Assembly: GCA_012295275.1 (NCBI GenBank)
Contig: CM022670.1
Location: 36,642,001 to 36,706,000 of the forward strand
Length of the DNA: 64,000 nt
Source of the DNA: Chrysomallon squamiferum
Lineage: Eukaryota; Animalia; Mollusca
Direction: 5' to 3'
Notes under the pieces: model-generated
Database searches by the model: none
What the model was told of the DNA's origin: nothing
Seen by the model: the letters and a program-made list of their open reading frames with translations, nothing else
Position numbers and translations under genes: made by a program
Shown: positions 39,347 to 52,445 of the stretch, in pieces
Position numbering within the stretch: the first letter of the stretch is position 1
Layout of the letters: the number at the start of each line of letters is the position of its first letter

Positions 39347-39959
39347 TACTGTCCAATTTTAATGAAGTATAACAATACAACTGAAAAAATATATGGATGC
39401 CATTATTTTGCTGAATTCGTAACATTATCATACATAGTGTTGACCGATTTGCACAAGATACGTGTAAATGGGTGCACAGGCACCACAACGAAAACAAATT
39501 CAAAGTTACTACTAAATGTTTACTTACTTTCATCAACAGGCGATTGTGAGATTTCACTTCTGCCGCTAAGGACTTTTCCAGCGATTTGCATTGTTTCCTC
39601 AACATCTGTATTTCTTTCATTCTATCATCCTTTACCCGGTCTATATCAAATTTTGTGCCCAGTCTCTCTGTTATATCTAAAGACTTGTTCATGACCTCGG
39701 ACATATCTTTCACTGTGTCGTACAAAAACTCCTCCTTCTTTCTGAGATCGTCTTCAGCTTTTTTCAATCTGGCAGAAAGATTTGATATTTCATTTCTTTG
39801 TTCTTCCAGTTGAATATTACAGTTCTCATGGACATCTCGTTTTATTTCAGGGAAAGAAGTCGAAGTTTCCGACTGTTTTAGCATTTCTTCCGACGAGTGG
39901 GAAGATGTGACAAATTCCACCGATTCGTCCATTTCATCGGGTGAAGGTGTTAAATCCAT
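34682..39959 (-). CDS. Intact coiled-coil / Death-domain-like / CARD / tail-anchor protein, copy D (430 aa)
   Basis: Coding exons 39528-39959 (432 nt), 36373-36577 (205), 35826-36011 (186), 35232-35504 (273), 34682-34878 (197). All are GT-AG, phases are compatible (0,1,1,1), total 1293 nt, with no internal stop. The protein ends SSFILILLLQLLLFILYKIW*. Confidence 0.85.
35232..35504 (-). CDS. CARD-encoding exon, copy D
   Basis: MPPDHSKAIEKAYSRLTEKVIVDPLVIYLRVNAVLTPTDVEYILSPKTRIAQFRRLVDILPLFGEKAFDCFVEALTKSGQNHLADILK. Confidence 0.9.
35826..36011 (-). CDS. Death-domain-like exon, copy D
   Basis: DDKDKVKQFGKRLGLNSSSVEKIVNE...FWEVLYKWNKTSQSVAVLINACQRL fits the Death-domain pattern (..LGl....i..i; L..W; tv..Li.al..l). 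Helix 1 would come from the end of the previous exon (ILGLAFRIEKEF). Confidence 0.7.
36838..37104 (-). mobile_element. Fragment of a Tigger (TIGD1-like) transposase N-terminal HTH
   Basis: EKHERGVHIVDLARQYERSTLTICTILKQKE...PAKGVKTISKMRTS...MEK is a CENP-B/psq-type HTH. It is absent from the homologous introns of copies B and C. Confidence 0.7.
37260..39311 (-). mobile_element. Near full-length decayed Tigger/pogo (Jerky/TIGD-like) DNA transposon in coding intron 1 of copy D
   Basis: Colinear fragments KRKHRVLSIAEKLEML, ISGELLKEQGK...SEGWLHRFKSRH, YNADETALFWRC.P, RVTVMSCSNAAG, LILDNCSA, TSLIQPQD, AN.W..V...TL.NGW.KL. The ends carry ccggca/tgccgg motifs and abut TA inside (TTA)n tracts. Confidence 0.88.
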
Positions 39960-40126
39960 TGTATTTAGTAGAAATGGTATTTATCAGTCAAAGAAACTGA
40001 AAGCTTGTTTATTTCCGGAAGTTGATCAAGCTGTTCCTACTATAAAAGTAAGAAGTCAAATAATGATGATGAAGATGATTTATAATGAAGATAATAATAA
40101 TAATAATAATAATAATCATAATAATC

Positions 40127-40173
<47 letters not shown>

Positions 40174-40539
40174 TTAATTGAAACTTAACAAAAACTAAAT
40201 CGCCTGTGTAAATAAAAATAACCTAATAACCGATACTTAACATAAATAAAACAGTAGTCATCTAGGAGAAATCTCAACTTTATCTTTTCTGCAAATTGCA
40301 ACTCACCTATAACATGTCGCAGTACCAGAATCTATTAACTCATATATTTGTTATAATCTGTCATGTCATCACCAACAGTACAGGCAAATGTTTTGGATAT
40401 TTGAATATAAAAATGCATATTATTGCCAAAAAATAAATTACTAATATTATTCCTATAGTAAATTTGTTGCTGCAGCTATTAAGATTGGTAACAATGAAAA
40501 TAACTGAGTAACAAACTAAAAAAAAAAAAAAAAAAAATA

Positions 40540-41316
40540 GGTAAAAATTTAATTACATTATTTCCATTTCAATACATATATAATTTACCATTTAACTTAC
40601 CGTATAAATAATTTCAAAACTGAACTGAAAAATCACATAATAAGTACACAGTTTAAGTATTCTGAATAATATATTTTTTTCAGTAAATGGTTTGACCAAA
40701 ACAGTCAATAGCCTAAGAAGATTGATCGTATCATCTACGTTGAATCTCAAAATACGAATTTCCACTTGCATTTGTTAAATGAGACACATTTCAACTACAA
40801 AGAATAACTTCACATGCAAAAATATTAATTTTTTTAAAATAGCCCAAAGAAAAACCTCAGTTATGCGTTATAGCTATAAAAATAAGGTAAAATTTTTTTT
40901 AAATGTAAAGTATTTTTGTTTCGTTATGAAAGTAAAATATATTGTAATAATTAAATCAGGTCAAATAATATTTTACATAGAAACCTGATGTATTATATCT
41001 TAATGTATTTACGTAGATCAAAACCTGATATTAAAACATAGGTGTAAATAAATATTTTTTTGTATTGCATTTAAAAAAGATCGTTGAGATTTTCCTAATT
41101 ATTTTATCTCTAAATATTTTGATAATAATCCGACACAACTTACCTTGTTAGAAATATGTGCTTGTGTTAGCTGGACTTTACACATGTGACTGTAAAGAAG
41201 GTGATTTTGTTATCAGCAGCATGTGATATTCTATTTTTACTGTTTATTTACTTATGTGTCTGTCAGTTTTATAAATAACAACTACTGTTGCTAAGATTAG
41301 TACTAATTTTAATTTA

Positions 41317-41378
<62 letters not shown>

Positions 41379-42127
41379 TTATAAAGAAGTCGTAATTTCC
41401 TCTGAAGAGGAAACCCGCTTCAGACAAACATGAGTTACTCTGCCTGATTACAGCAAGGGTTATTTTACGAACCTTTGGTCTTTAATCAGGCGATGGTGAA
41501 TTTCTAATCTGAACTGCAATTATTACTGCTCCTGAAGCCGCATTTTAATAATTTATTAATTCCGTTATTTTTTGTTAGTTCTGGTAATTATTTAAATAAT
41601 TATTTATAGATAATTAATTTTAACTATAATTTACTGTTATTCAAAAAATAGATTTAGAGATCGATACAGTTTATTACTTTCTTTATATTCTTACGTTAAA
41701 AGTCGTTATTATATTTTTTAGTTTAAAATTTTACTAGTATTTTGATGAATGCACTTATAATTATATGTAAATAAAAATAATCTTAACGGTTTTCGTTAAA
41801 TGCTTGTTTTATAACGACTATGATGTGATTGTTGTTATTATTATTATTATCATCATCATTATGGTATGTCTCTGTCTAATAACATAGCCCAATTAAAATG
41901 TAACACAGAGAAGCAGAAAGTATTTTTTTAAGAACTTGCATCTAATTGATTTTCTTGTAATGAAAATTCGAATGAGGAAATCCATTGCAGTCATTTCTTG
42001 AAAATTCTTACGCATTTTTCTTCTTCTTCTTACTATTGTTGTTGTAGTTTGCTATGATGATGTTTCTCTTCTTAGTACCCATATTTTCATTATTATAATT
42101 ATTATCATTATCGATATTATTATCATT

Positions 42128-42165
<38 letters not shown>

Positions 42166-42761
42166 TATTATTATTATTATAAAACCTTTTCGTGTTTTTT
42201 ATTGCAGTACTTTTAAAAATGTATCTAAAATGAGTAAAAATAAGTTAATTAACTAAATCAAAAATAAATAAAGGGAAAATTGGAGAAAACATTTACAATA
42301 TTTCCAATGACAATGCTGCGATCTTCGATTTTAATACATATATAATTTATTATTTAATTTACCGTATAAATAACTTCTAAACTGAACTGAAAAAGCACAT
42401 AATGAGTACACAGTTATAAGTATATTGAATAATATATTTTTTTTTTTCAATAAAAGGTTTGACCAGAACAATTAATAGCCTAAGAAGATTGATGGTGTCA
42501 TCCATGTTGAATTTCAAAATACAAGTTTCCACTTGCATTTGTTAAATATGAGATACTTTTCAACTACAAAGAATAGCTTCACATAAAAAAATATTAAATT
42601 TATTTGTTTAAGAACTTGCATCTAATTGATTTTCTTGTAATGAAAATTCGAATGAGGAAATCCATTGCAGCCATTTATGAATATTCTTACGGATTCTTTT
42701 TCTGTTTCTTCTTATTGTTATTATTATTCTTATTACTGTTGATGATGTTTCTCTTATTGTC

Positions 42762-42815
<54 letters not shown>

Positions 42816-43353
42816 GTTGTTGTTGTTGTTGCTGTTGTTGCTGCTGTTTTGTTATTATTATAAGAATAAAACCTTTTCATGTTTTTTATTGCAATACTTC
42901 TCAAACGTATCTAAAATTAGTAAAAATAAGTTAATTAAATAAATAACTAAATAAATAAATAAATAAAGGAAAAGTTGGAATAAAAAAAAATTATATTAAT
43001 TCCACTGTCAACGCTGCCATCTTCGATTGTAATTTATTATATTTTATTACCTAACTTATCGTATAAATAACTTCTGAATCGAACTGAAAAAGCACATAAT
43101 GTGTGCATAGTTATAAGTATTTTGAATATATATTATTTTTTCTCTCTAAATGGTTTATTGGACTTTTCACAAAATAACAAAATAGAGAAACTGATTTGCT
43201 TATGCAGCAACAAGCGATATTCTATTTTTAGTGCTCATTTACTTATGTGTCTGTCAGTTTTATAATCATCTTTTTTTAAATTTAATTTATTGTTCTCTTT
43301 TTTATAAATATCTTCTACTGTTGTTAAGATTACCAATAATAATAATTAAAATG

Positions 43354-43418
<65 letters not shown>

Positions 43419-43530
43419 TAATTTATAATGATACTGTATTTATATTTTAGTAATTATTAGATATGATTTCTTGAAAGATGTCGTAATTTTCTCTGTATAG
43501 ACAATAACAGATAGAGGGAACGAGCTTCAG
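40540..43530. repeat. Patchwork of tandem duplications of the copy D upstream region
   Basis: The block ...cgtataaataa...gaactgaaaa.cacataat recurs at ~40600, ~42360 and ~43060. agaacttgcatctaattgattttcttg recurs at ~41931 and ~42611. cttatgtgtctgtcagttttata recurs at ~41251 and ~43242. Confidence 0.8.
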
Positions 43531-44644
43531 AATCCAAGTAAACCTCCTTACACTGTTAAAAAAATATCAAATCTACATCAACCGCCTAACGAATTTTAAC
43601 TAACTGAAATATCTCACTGATTCCTTTTGATCGGTTTCTACTTGTTTGAAGCCTTGCCTTAGATTCAGTGAAAATGAAACGTTACTGGTTTTTGTATCCG
43701 CTGCTATAGGCATTCCGAAAGCAACTTTAATATTACTGTTGTGAGAATATTGTATCATGAATAGATTTCAGAAAATTAAATTTGCGTTTGGTATATGAAA
43801 TGTTTTGAAAGACTGAGTGTTAACGTAATCTTCTCGTTATTATTTCGACTGTTACCACTATCACTTTTTACTAAAACTGAGGTGCTTGCATAATTAATAT
43901 TTCTCCTGTTTCTACAACGGTTTTAAAAAGCCATTATTAATGTGACTACAATCTGTTATTCTACAGAAGTTTTAAAAAGGGCAAAGAGTAAAATATCTTC
44001 GCCAGACACTTTCAAAAATCCAAATTTTTAATTTTGTTTTTTTGTTATAGTTCATTTCTCATAGTTCGTTACTGCAACTAGTAATAATACTAATACTAAT
44101 ACTAATACTAATAATAATAATACTACTACTAATAATATTTATAAATATAAAAACTAATTATGAATAAAAATGTTATAAAACTCATAATGTCACCACATTT
44201 GTCAGAAATACTGATTCTGTGCATCAATAGTGAGAATTATTTTTTGCTTTTTATTTTCTCGTTGAAAATAACATCAACAATTAAACAAATGAATACACAA
44301 ATAAAATAAAATAAAATAAAATAAAATAAAATACATAATATACGTGTACAATACTGTATTGTTGACTTGAAATTTGAGTATGGAAATGTTAAGAGTTGTG
44401 ACGTGACTGTCACTGGCAGTGTTGACAGAACTCTCGTACGCTGGGTGTTAATCAAACAACACTCGACGTCTAATTCGGTTAAAAACTGACCATGAAGGAG
44501 AGTCACTGACTCTTAATACGTTTAGTAAACTTTCACTTGTACTGCCTCATTTACATATCGACGTAGGTCACATGATTTCTTCCCGATAGATGGTTTCCGT
44601 ACTGCTTTCGTATCGGACTGTTCTTGTTTGTTTCTTTGTCTTTG

Positions 44645-44678
<34 letters not shown>

Positions 44679-44913
44679 CATTCTTTAAGCATCAGAGTAT
44701 TTTAACTTTTTTTTTCCTTCTGGTTTTTTTTTTTTTTTTTTTTTTTTCCTGTGTTTTGCTTCTAATTATTTTTTTCGAGTAGACGGCTGATTACAAATTC
44801 ATTATTTTTTTACCCATTTTATTTTTCTCTTTTCTTCGACTTTTTTATTTTCTTTAGAACGCTGACTGCATGTTTACTCATTTTAATTAAGTGTATTTAT
44901 CTTTTTATTATTA

Positions 44914-44944
<31 letters not shown>

Positions 44945-44970
44945 GCTTTCTTTCTTACTGGTTCAGGAGG

Positions 44971-45006
44971 ACTTACGATGAGCGCATGACAGGAAGTGTG
45001 ACGTCA
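44971..45006. promoter_or_regulatory. ETS-like site adjacent to a perfect CRE, beside a minus-strand splice donor
   Basis: CAGGAAGT at 44990-44997, TGACGTCA at 44999-45006, and ACTTAC (GTAAGT on minus) at 44971-44976, within a short GC-richer island. Confidence 0.3.
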
Positions 45007-45057
45007 TAGTCTCAGCCAAGTACAGACTTCAGCCTCCGACTGTTGTTGTTGTTGTTG

Positions 45058-45116
<59 letters not shown>

Positions 45117-45270
45117 TTCGTGTAATAAAATTTAATGAAATTACAAAAGGCTATTCTAATACTTTATGCCAGTACTCAGTTTATTTAGCTTCGTTAATAC
45201 AATATTTGTAGTGGTTTTCATTTGGCAGTGGAAATAAAGTTAACTGACGTTTATTTATGTATAAAATACT

Positions 45271-45840
45271 AAAATAACACAGACTGGAAACAGAGCTTTA
45301 CGTATAGAATAATTAAAAATAACAGAAACTGGAACTGGAGCTTTACGTATAGAATAATTAAAAATAACAGAAACTGGAAATGGAGCTTTACGTATAGAAT
45401 AATTTTAAATAACAGAAACTGGAAATGGAGCTTTACATATAGAATAATTTTAAATAACAGAAACTGGAAATGGAGCTTTACGTATAGAATAATTAAAAAT
45501 AACAGAAACTGGAAATGGAGCTTTACGTATAGAATAATTTAAAATAACAGAAACTGGAAATGGAGCTTTACATATAGAATAAAAATAACAGAAACTGTTT
45601 TGGAGCTTTACGTATAGAATAATTTTTTTTTTTTTTTTTTTTTTTTTTATAGAATAATTAAAAATAACAGAAACTGAAATGGAGCTTTACGTATAGAATA
45701 ATTAAAAATAACAGAAACTGGAAATGGAGCTTTACGTATAGAATAATTAAAAATAACAGACTGGAAATGGAGCTTTACGTATAGAATAATTAAAAATAAC
45801 AGACTGGAAATAGAGCTTTAGTTATACGATAACTGGAAAC
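45271..45840. repeat. 45-bp minisatellite, ~12 copies
   Basis: Unit aaaataacagaaactggaaatggagctttacgtatagaataatta, head-to-tail with no spacers; one unit is interrupted by poly-T (~45623-45648). Confidence 0.95.
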
Positions 45841-46509
45841 AGGGGTATATTTATAAGATAACATAAAATAATAGATTTAATATTTAATTATTTTTCTCAT
45901 ATATAATTTTTTTTTTTTTTTTTTTTAAATAAAACTGGATTTAATTTAACGACAATTTTTAATAAAGTCAATAACACTAGTATAAAGATTATTTTTGTTG
46001 TAGTAAAAGTACTAGGTAGTAGTAGTAATAATGTAATAATATTAATAGTATATATTTATTTATTATTTAATTATTTTCACAAATTAAATATTTAATTTAA
46101 GATTTTTTAATAAAGTCACTAACACTGTTACGATATTTTATAATATTAAAAACAAAATGAAACAGAAAACGTAAGAAAGAAAAAAGAAAACAATTTTTAA
46201 AAAATCAGTAAATTAAAACAATCAGTTAATTGTTGATGTAGGCATTTTCCCTCAAGAACACAAACCGTTATGAAATTGCCCTCCAAGTTTTAGTTCTTGC
46301 GATGTTTACGTATAAATGGGACATGTTTGTCGACGATAAACCTGTTTTGAGAAGCCTCGCGACATTAGCCTATCAAATGTAAATTAGACATTAACCCCTC
46401 TCGAAAAACAACGAAGGCAGCTGACAGTCTTTTTTCACTTGAAGCTTGCAGACCGCGAAACTGAACCAACGGGTATGTAAACCTTAATTTAAGCATTAAT
46501 AATTAATTA

Positions 46510-46530
46510 ATGTCGTATTATTATTATTAC

Positions 46531-46579
<49 letters not shown>

Positions 46580-47310
46580 GCGGTTGTTGGTGTTGTTACC
46601 ACCATCTTCTTAAAAAATCGTTAAGTTGTCTTTTGTTATCTTTTCTTCTCAGCCGTATCAAAGATTACACCACCACGTCTTATAAACTTCATATTATTTC
46701 AGCACCAATAACCATTTCAACACCTACAACAACGGCTGCTACTACTATTACAATGATTTTATTTATTGTTACTGCTTCTATTATTACTAATACTAATAAT
46801 TGAAAATGTAATATATTTACTACTGCTGCACCTGCTGAAATTAACTGCTGTAAGTTCCGCAGTAATAATTATTGCTAATATTACTATCACAACTTACTTC
46901 TTTATTATTATTATTATTATTATTATTAATAGTAGTAGTAGTGATAGTGATAGTAGTAGTAGTAGTGGTATCTGTAGTAGCAGAAGTAGCAGGTATACTA
47001 GTAATTACAGTAGCTGTATTAGAATTAGTAATAATAGTTGTAGCAGTTACTATACCAATGTTAGAATTAATATTAGTATCACTAGTAGTTGTAGCGGTTG
47101 TAGTAGTAGTAAAGTTAATACTACTGATAATCGTAGTAGTAGTAGATGTAGTAGTTATAGTGACTGTATCAGAATTACTAATAAAAGTCGTAGCAGTTAC
47201 GGTAGCAATATTGGAATTAGTATTACTACTACTACAACAACAAAACCTGAAATAATAATAACATTAATAACAGCAACAATTTCAACAGCAACAAAAGCAA
47301 TAGAAGTAAT
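46510..47310. repeat. Degenerate (TAT)n/(TAG)n low-complexity tract
   Basis: Trinucleotide periodicity; the overlapping ORFs are poly-Y/S/V/L artefacts. Confidence 0.85.
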
Positions 47311-49769
47311 AAAACAGACACACATGTATATTTTGATATTTTGATATTTATTTAACACGAAGCGTTAAACTTTAAATTATTAATGATAAACATAGCAAAA
47401 ATAGGTAATAATAATAGTAATAACTTAAGCAAAACCTATTTTATTTGATATTATTACTAACTATAAAATCCCCAATTTCAACTGTGCGAGACTGAAATAT
47501 AGTAAAACAAAAATACAATTATTTAATTTAGTATGTAAAAATTAAAATCAAATTTTTTAATTAATTTTTTTTTTTAGTTCTCTTTAGTCCCGCACAAAAC
47601 ATATTGTCTACTAGAAATACTTTTGTAACATGCACAGATTTCAGTCTTCCAAAAATGCATCTTTAAAACTTAAATACTGATAAATTTAATTTCAGGATAA
47701 ATGTTCCTTATTTTGATTTTTATACTTTTTAAATAAAAGACTTTTGTAGCTTGCACTAAAATAAATAAAATATAAAATAAAATAAAATAACAAATTTAAA
47801 AAAAAAAAAAAAAAATTAAAAAACATTTAAAAAAATAAATAAATAATTTAAATAAAAAAAAATAAAAAAATAAATAAAACGACAAACGTGAAATAAATAA
47901 ATAAATAATATTAAATTAAATAAATAATTTTCAAAAAATAGTAATAATTATAATAATAAAAATAAAATAAAATAAAATAAAATAAAACCAGAACTTATTT
48001 TCTCACTGGTACAGCGATATATATTTCAACCAATCAGAGGCCTAGTTATAATTATCCCGTAGCTATTTGAATATTAATTTGAACTTTGTCCTGAAAGTCA
48101 AGACATGAACGACCGCTGTGTAATGATAAGTATTGTAATTTATACTTTACGATCAATATTTCGAAAATTCTGATAAAGTATTCTTTAAGTAATTAGTTTG
48201 CAACAGAAGTTTTAACTATTAAAGAATGGCGAATGGATTATAGAGAGCACTGTTTCGAATACTTGGACAGTGGGGACTTAAGAATGACCGGAATCTGACC
48301 TTTGATATCCAAAGCTAAAAAAACAAAAACATTTTTGTTTTTATTAATTTGATAACAAACATGAGAAAAAAAAAAAAAAAAAAAAAGATAAAATAATTTA
48401 AAAAAAAAAAAAAATAAATAAAATAAGTAAATAAATAAATAAATATATAAAAATTAAAATTAACTAACTAAATAAATTAAATAGAAATGGTTTTAAAAAG
48501 GAGTAAGAAAAACAAACATATACAAATAACAACAACAACAACAACAACATCAACAACAAAAACAACAATAATAATAATAATAATAATAAAGAAAGAATAC
48601 GACAGAAGATTAAATTACAACAACAATAATAATTTACAAAAAAAAAAAAAAAAAAAAAAGATGCAATTTACAGTATAATTATCTGACAATTCATTTCTTT
48701 TTTTTTTTTAAATCTCAGCCCAGTTATGGGGTTAATAAACTGTCTGTTCGTGAGTATTATATACAAACACATTTACTACTGGTCGAGTTGCCAACCGCGT
48801 TTATTTGTGTGTTTGGAGACCATTGTATAATAAATCCAAGACCACTACTCGATCCGGGCTTCTCGAGTTACCGCAAACCTCCGTTGTCGAGATGCCTAAC
48901 ATTTATCATTATCTGTTACTTTATTGTCTGTTTCTCGACGTAGATAAAACAGTTTTGAGCGTTACAGGCGGCGGCTTTATTACGAAAATAACTACATTTT
49001 GTATGGATGCAGTAGAATTAATACGTGTAATATAACAGTTATGTATACAAAACGATAATCAGAACTGAGGAAATACAATGTTCGTAAGTAACATAAGAAG
49101 TGAGGGAAAAATAGACTGTTCATTGTAACAACGTCAGGACAGTATGAACTAACGTTCTATTGTTTTCTTGTTTTTGTTTGTGGGAGTTTGCTTTAAATAC
49201 GTAAACATGTCGTATTGAACTTGATCCTAGAGGGGAAAAACGGTAATTTATATAAAGCAAGTTAATATATGCACATGACATGACTGTAACGCGACCTTTG
49301 CCTCCCTCTCGCAAACAATGGTTTCGTCCGCATGGCAGAAAATCATCACGATAGTCTGTACATACATATATAAAAACAAGAAACCCCTTTACACGTACAT
49401 GTATCTGACATGTGTAATGTGCTTGTGCGAAACTCGTTCGATAACTGATCTTGTTTTACTTCCGATATATACTCATAAAGATTAGAAATGGATACGAAAA
49501 AGGTAGGAAATTTGGGCTTTCATTTTTCAGTAAAATTTTCATTACTGTTTTCTTTGTTTCATGTGTTTGATTTTCGTTATAGCTAATTTTCCTCTGAGCT
49601 AATTTTCATGGCCGGTCCAGCCTGCTCTGTGTGTGTTTGCTGATAAATGCAACTGACCGCATTTTACCGAGGTAGTGGAAATTTCCCCTGTTTGTTTCAC
49701 TCGCCAGAGACAGAATTCCATTTTCGTTAAACTGCTATTTGCAATAGTATATTCCAGTTTTCTGCATTT

Positions 49770-50795
49770 ACATGCACATTTATACACATATACACGTACA
49801 TAAATACACACGTACACACATGCAGCACACGTACATAATTATACACCTTACTTATATACATATATACGTACTCGCATTTTTACATGTACACATGCATACA
49901 TTAATATACATACATACATATATGCAGATATGCACACATACATTCATACATACATACAGACATAAATACATATATATATGCAGATATACATACATTCATA
50001 CATACATAAATACATACATAAACACATACACACGCACACGCACACACACTCACACACATTCATATATACTTTAATTCCAGTATATATATATATACACCGC
50101 TGATACGCTGATACATTAAAAACATGTACTCATACAAATAACATACATATACAAAAACACATATAAACATACATAAACATGCACACACACATAAACATAT
50201 ACCTACATAGAGACAAACAAATATGCATACACAGAGACAAACAAACATATATACATACATACATTCTTGCATACTTACAGAAGAAATTGTAAAGTGATAA
50301 TAATCAGTTTATTTTTTAAATTTAAAAAAAAGAAAATAATAATATACATACATACATTCTTTCATACTTACAGAAGACATTGTAAAGTGAAATAATCCGT
50401 TTTATTTTTTTAATTAAAAAAAAAAGAAAATAATAATAATAATAATAATAATAATAATTCATACAGATATCTGAACAAACTGTTCTCAACGCGGATCAAT
50501 TAAATCCAGTGAAATAACTTTTTACCATATTCACTGGAGTGATAAATTATGTTTGCCAATTTTTTTATTTCAGCAGCAGAAAACGCGATGATTTTTATTA
50601 ATATTATCTGTTCGAACATCTTGTTAATCATGTAAGATACGGTTAATCAGTCCAGTGCAAAAGAGTCAAGTATTGATATTTAATAATGCAGCAGAGAACG
50701 TATATGCATCAGTATGCTTGTCATGAAATCATCTTCAGAAATAATTATACGTTTTACGTGCACTCGTTTTGGTTATTATTATTATTATTATTATT

Positions 50796-50874
<79 letters not shown>

Positions 50875-51138
50875 TATACAATTTCTACGGTTTAAATTTC
50901 TGTAGTTTAAAATGTTATGTTATTAGTTACACTAGTAGAAGTAATTCTAGTAGTAGTAGATAAACAAATAAACAAAAAAGCAACCCACACAACAGCTCAA
51001 AACGTCATCCTATGATACTGATATATGTAGATGAATGCATGTATGTATGTATGAGTGTGAAAGTGTGTATATCTGCGTGTGTGTGAATGTATGTGTGTGT
51101 GTGTGTGTGTATGTATATATACATACACACATATATAT

Positions 51139-51192
<54 letters not shown>
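49770..51192. repeat. Compound microsatellites (CATA)n, (CA)n, (TTA)n, (TTG)n, (TG)n
   Basis: Directly visible. Confidence 0.9.
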
Positions 51193-51195
<3 letters not shown>

Positions 51196-52267
51196 AGAAG
51201 CATACAACGAAACAGAAATCCCATTGTTCTATGAGTGGTTTTTTGTGGGGTTTTTTTGGTTTTTTTTTTTTTGGTATTGTTTAAATCTGATCATAACAGG
51301 TGAGCAGGTTAACAGGGCTTAGTCGACTAAGCTACCAGGGTAAAGAGGATCGCGCGCTCTTTCAGGTCAGCGAGCCATTCATTTGGGTGACTGATATCTT
51401 AAACTGTAGTTCGTGCAACGGGTACTTTGTCTCAAATAACAACTGCCTTAATATCAATACAGACAGCTGAAAGGTAGTCGGATCTGCAAAACGATCAGAG
51501 TCATTTTAGTTAAAAGGAAAGAAATAATGTCCTTGATGAACAGTTCATTTTTTTTCTTAATATTTTTTTTTTTTTTTTTTTTTTTTTATTTTTTTTATGA
51601 TCAAAACACACGATATTAATATTCTTCAAGCATGGACCTTGGTTCTGTGCTCGCCAAAATAATAAAGAAAATAATAAAAAATAATAATAATATGTGATAA
51701 TTTCATTCTTTCTTTTCTTTTCTTATTTATTTAATATTCAATATTTGAGTAGTAACAAAACCAACAAAATAAAAAAATAAATAAATAAATTAAAAAAAAA
51801 AAATAATAATAATCAGTAAGAATAATAAAACCAAACAATAAAATTTGAATTTCTGGTTTATAAAAAGGTTTTTATTAAACAAAGATTAAAATTTGTTTTC
51901 CAATTCCAGCAAAAGTGTCCCTACTAGCATATCACTGTATGACGTTCCCATCTGTGAAATAGTAAGACGAGCATTTTAAATCACTTGCACGGCTTTCTTC
52001 TGATGAACTAACGTTAGATTATACAACAGACTGTAGTTCTGGACATGTTGATGAAGAAACCCTGATTGATGACACATGTATTAAAGTTTTGATTGTGTAA
52101 TTCCGAAACACGAAATGACATGCTTCATATTTCATTCACATGACACCGAACTGTTCGCTGAACTGTATATTTTAAAATGTCATTTCTGTTGCAAATGCGA
52201 CTAGTTTCTAAAAAAAAGTACCCTAATTGGCTGAGAGAATCTGTTTTAAGTCTTTGCAAAAGGTAAT

Positions 52268-52445
<178 letters not shown>

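Noticed and set aside
34682-39959. Naming the gene MAVS, CRADD/RAIDD, CARD19 or a caspase
   Set aside because: Domain order differs, no caspase catalytic (QACRG) or NACHT/helicase exons were seen, and orthology cannot be shown without a search.
43549-43570. TA-CACTGTTAAAAAAA as a CACTA/EnSpm-type terminus
   Set aside because: No matching inverted end or coding remnant was found.
45271-45840. CRISPR-like array
   Set aside because: Units are contiguous with no unique spacers, there are no cas genes, and the context is eukaryotic; it is a minisatellite.
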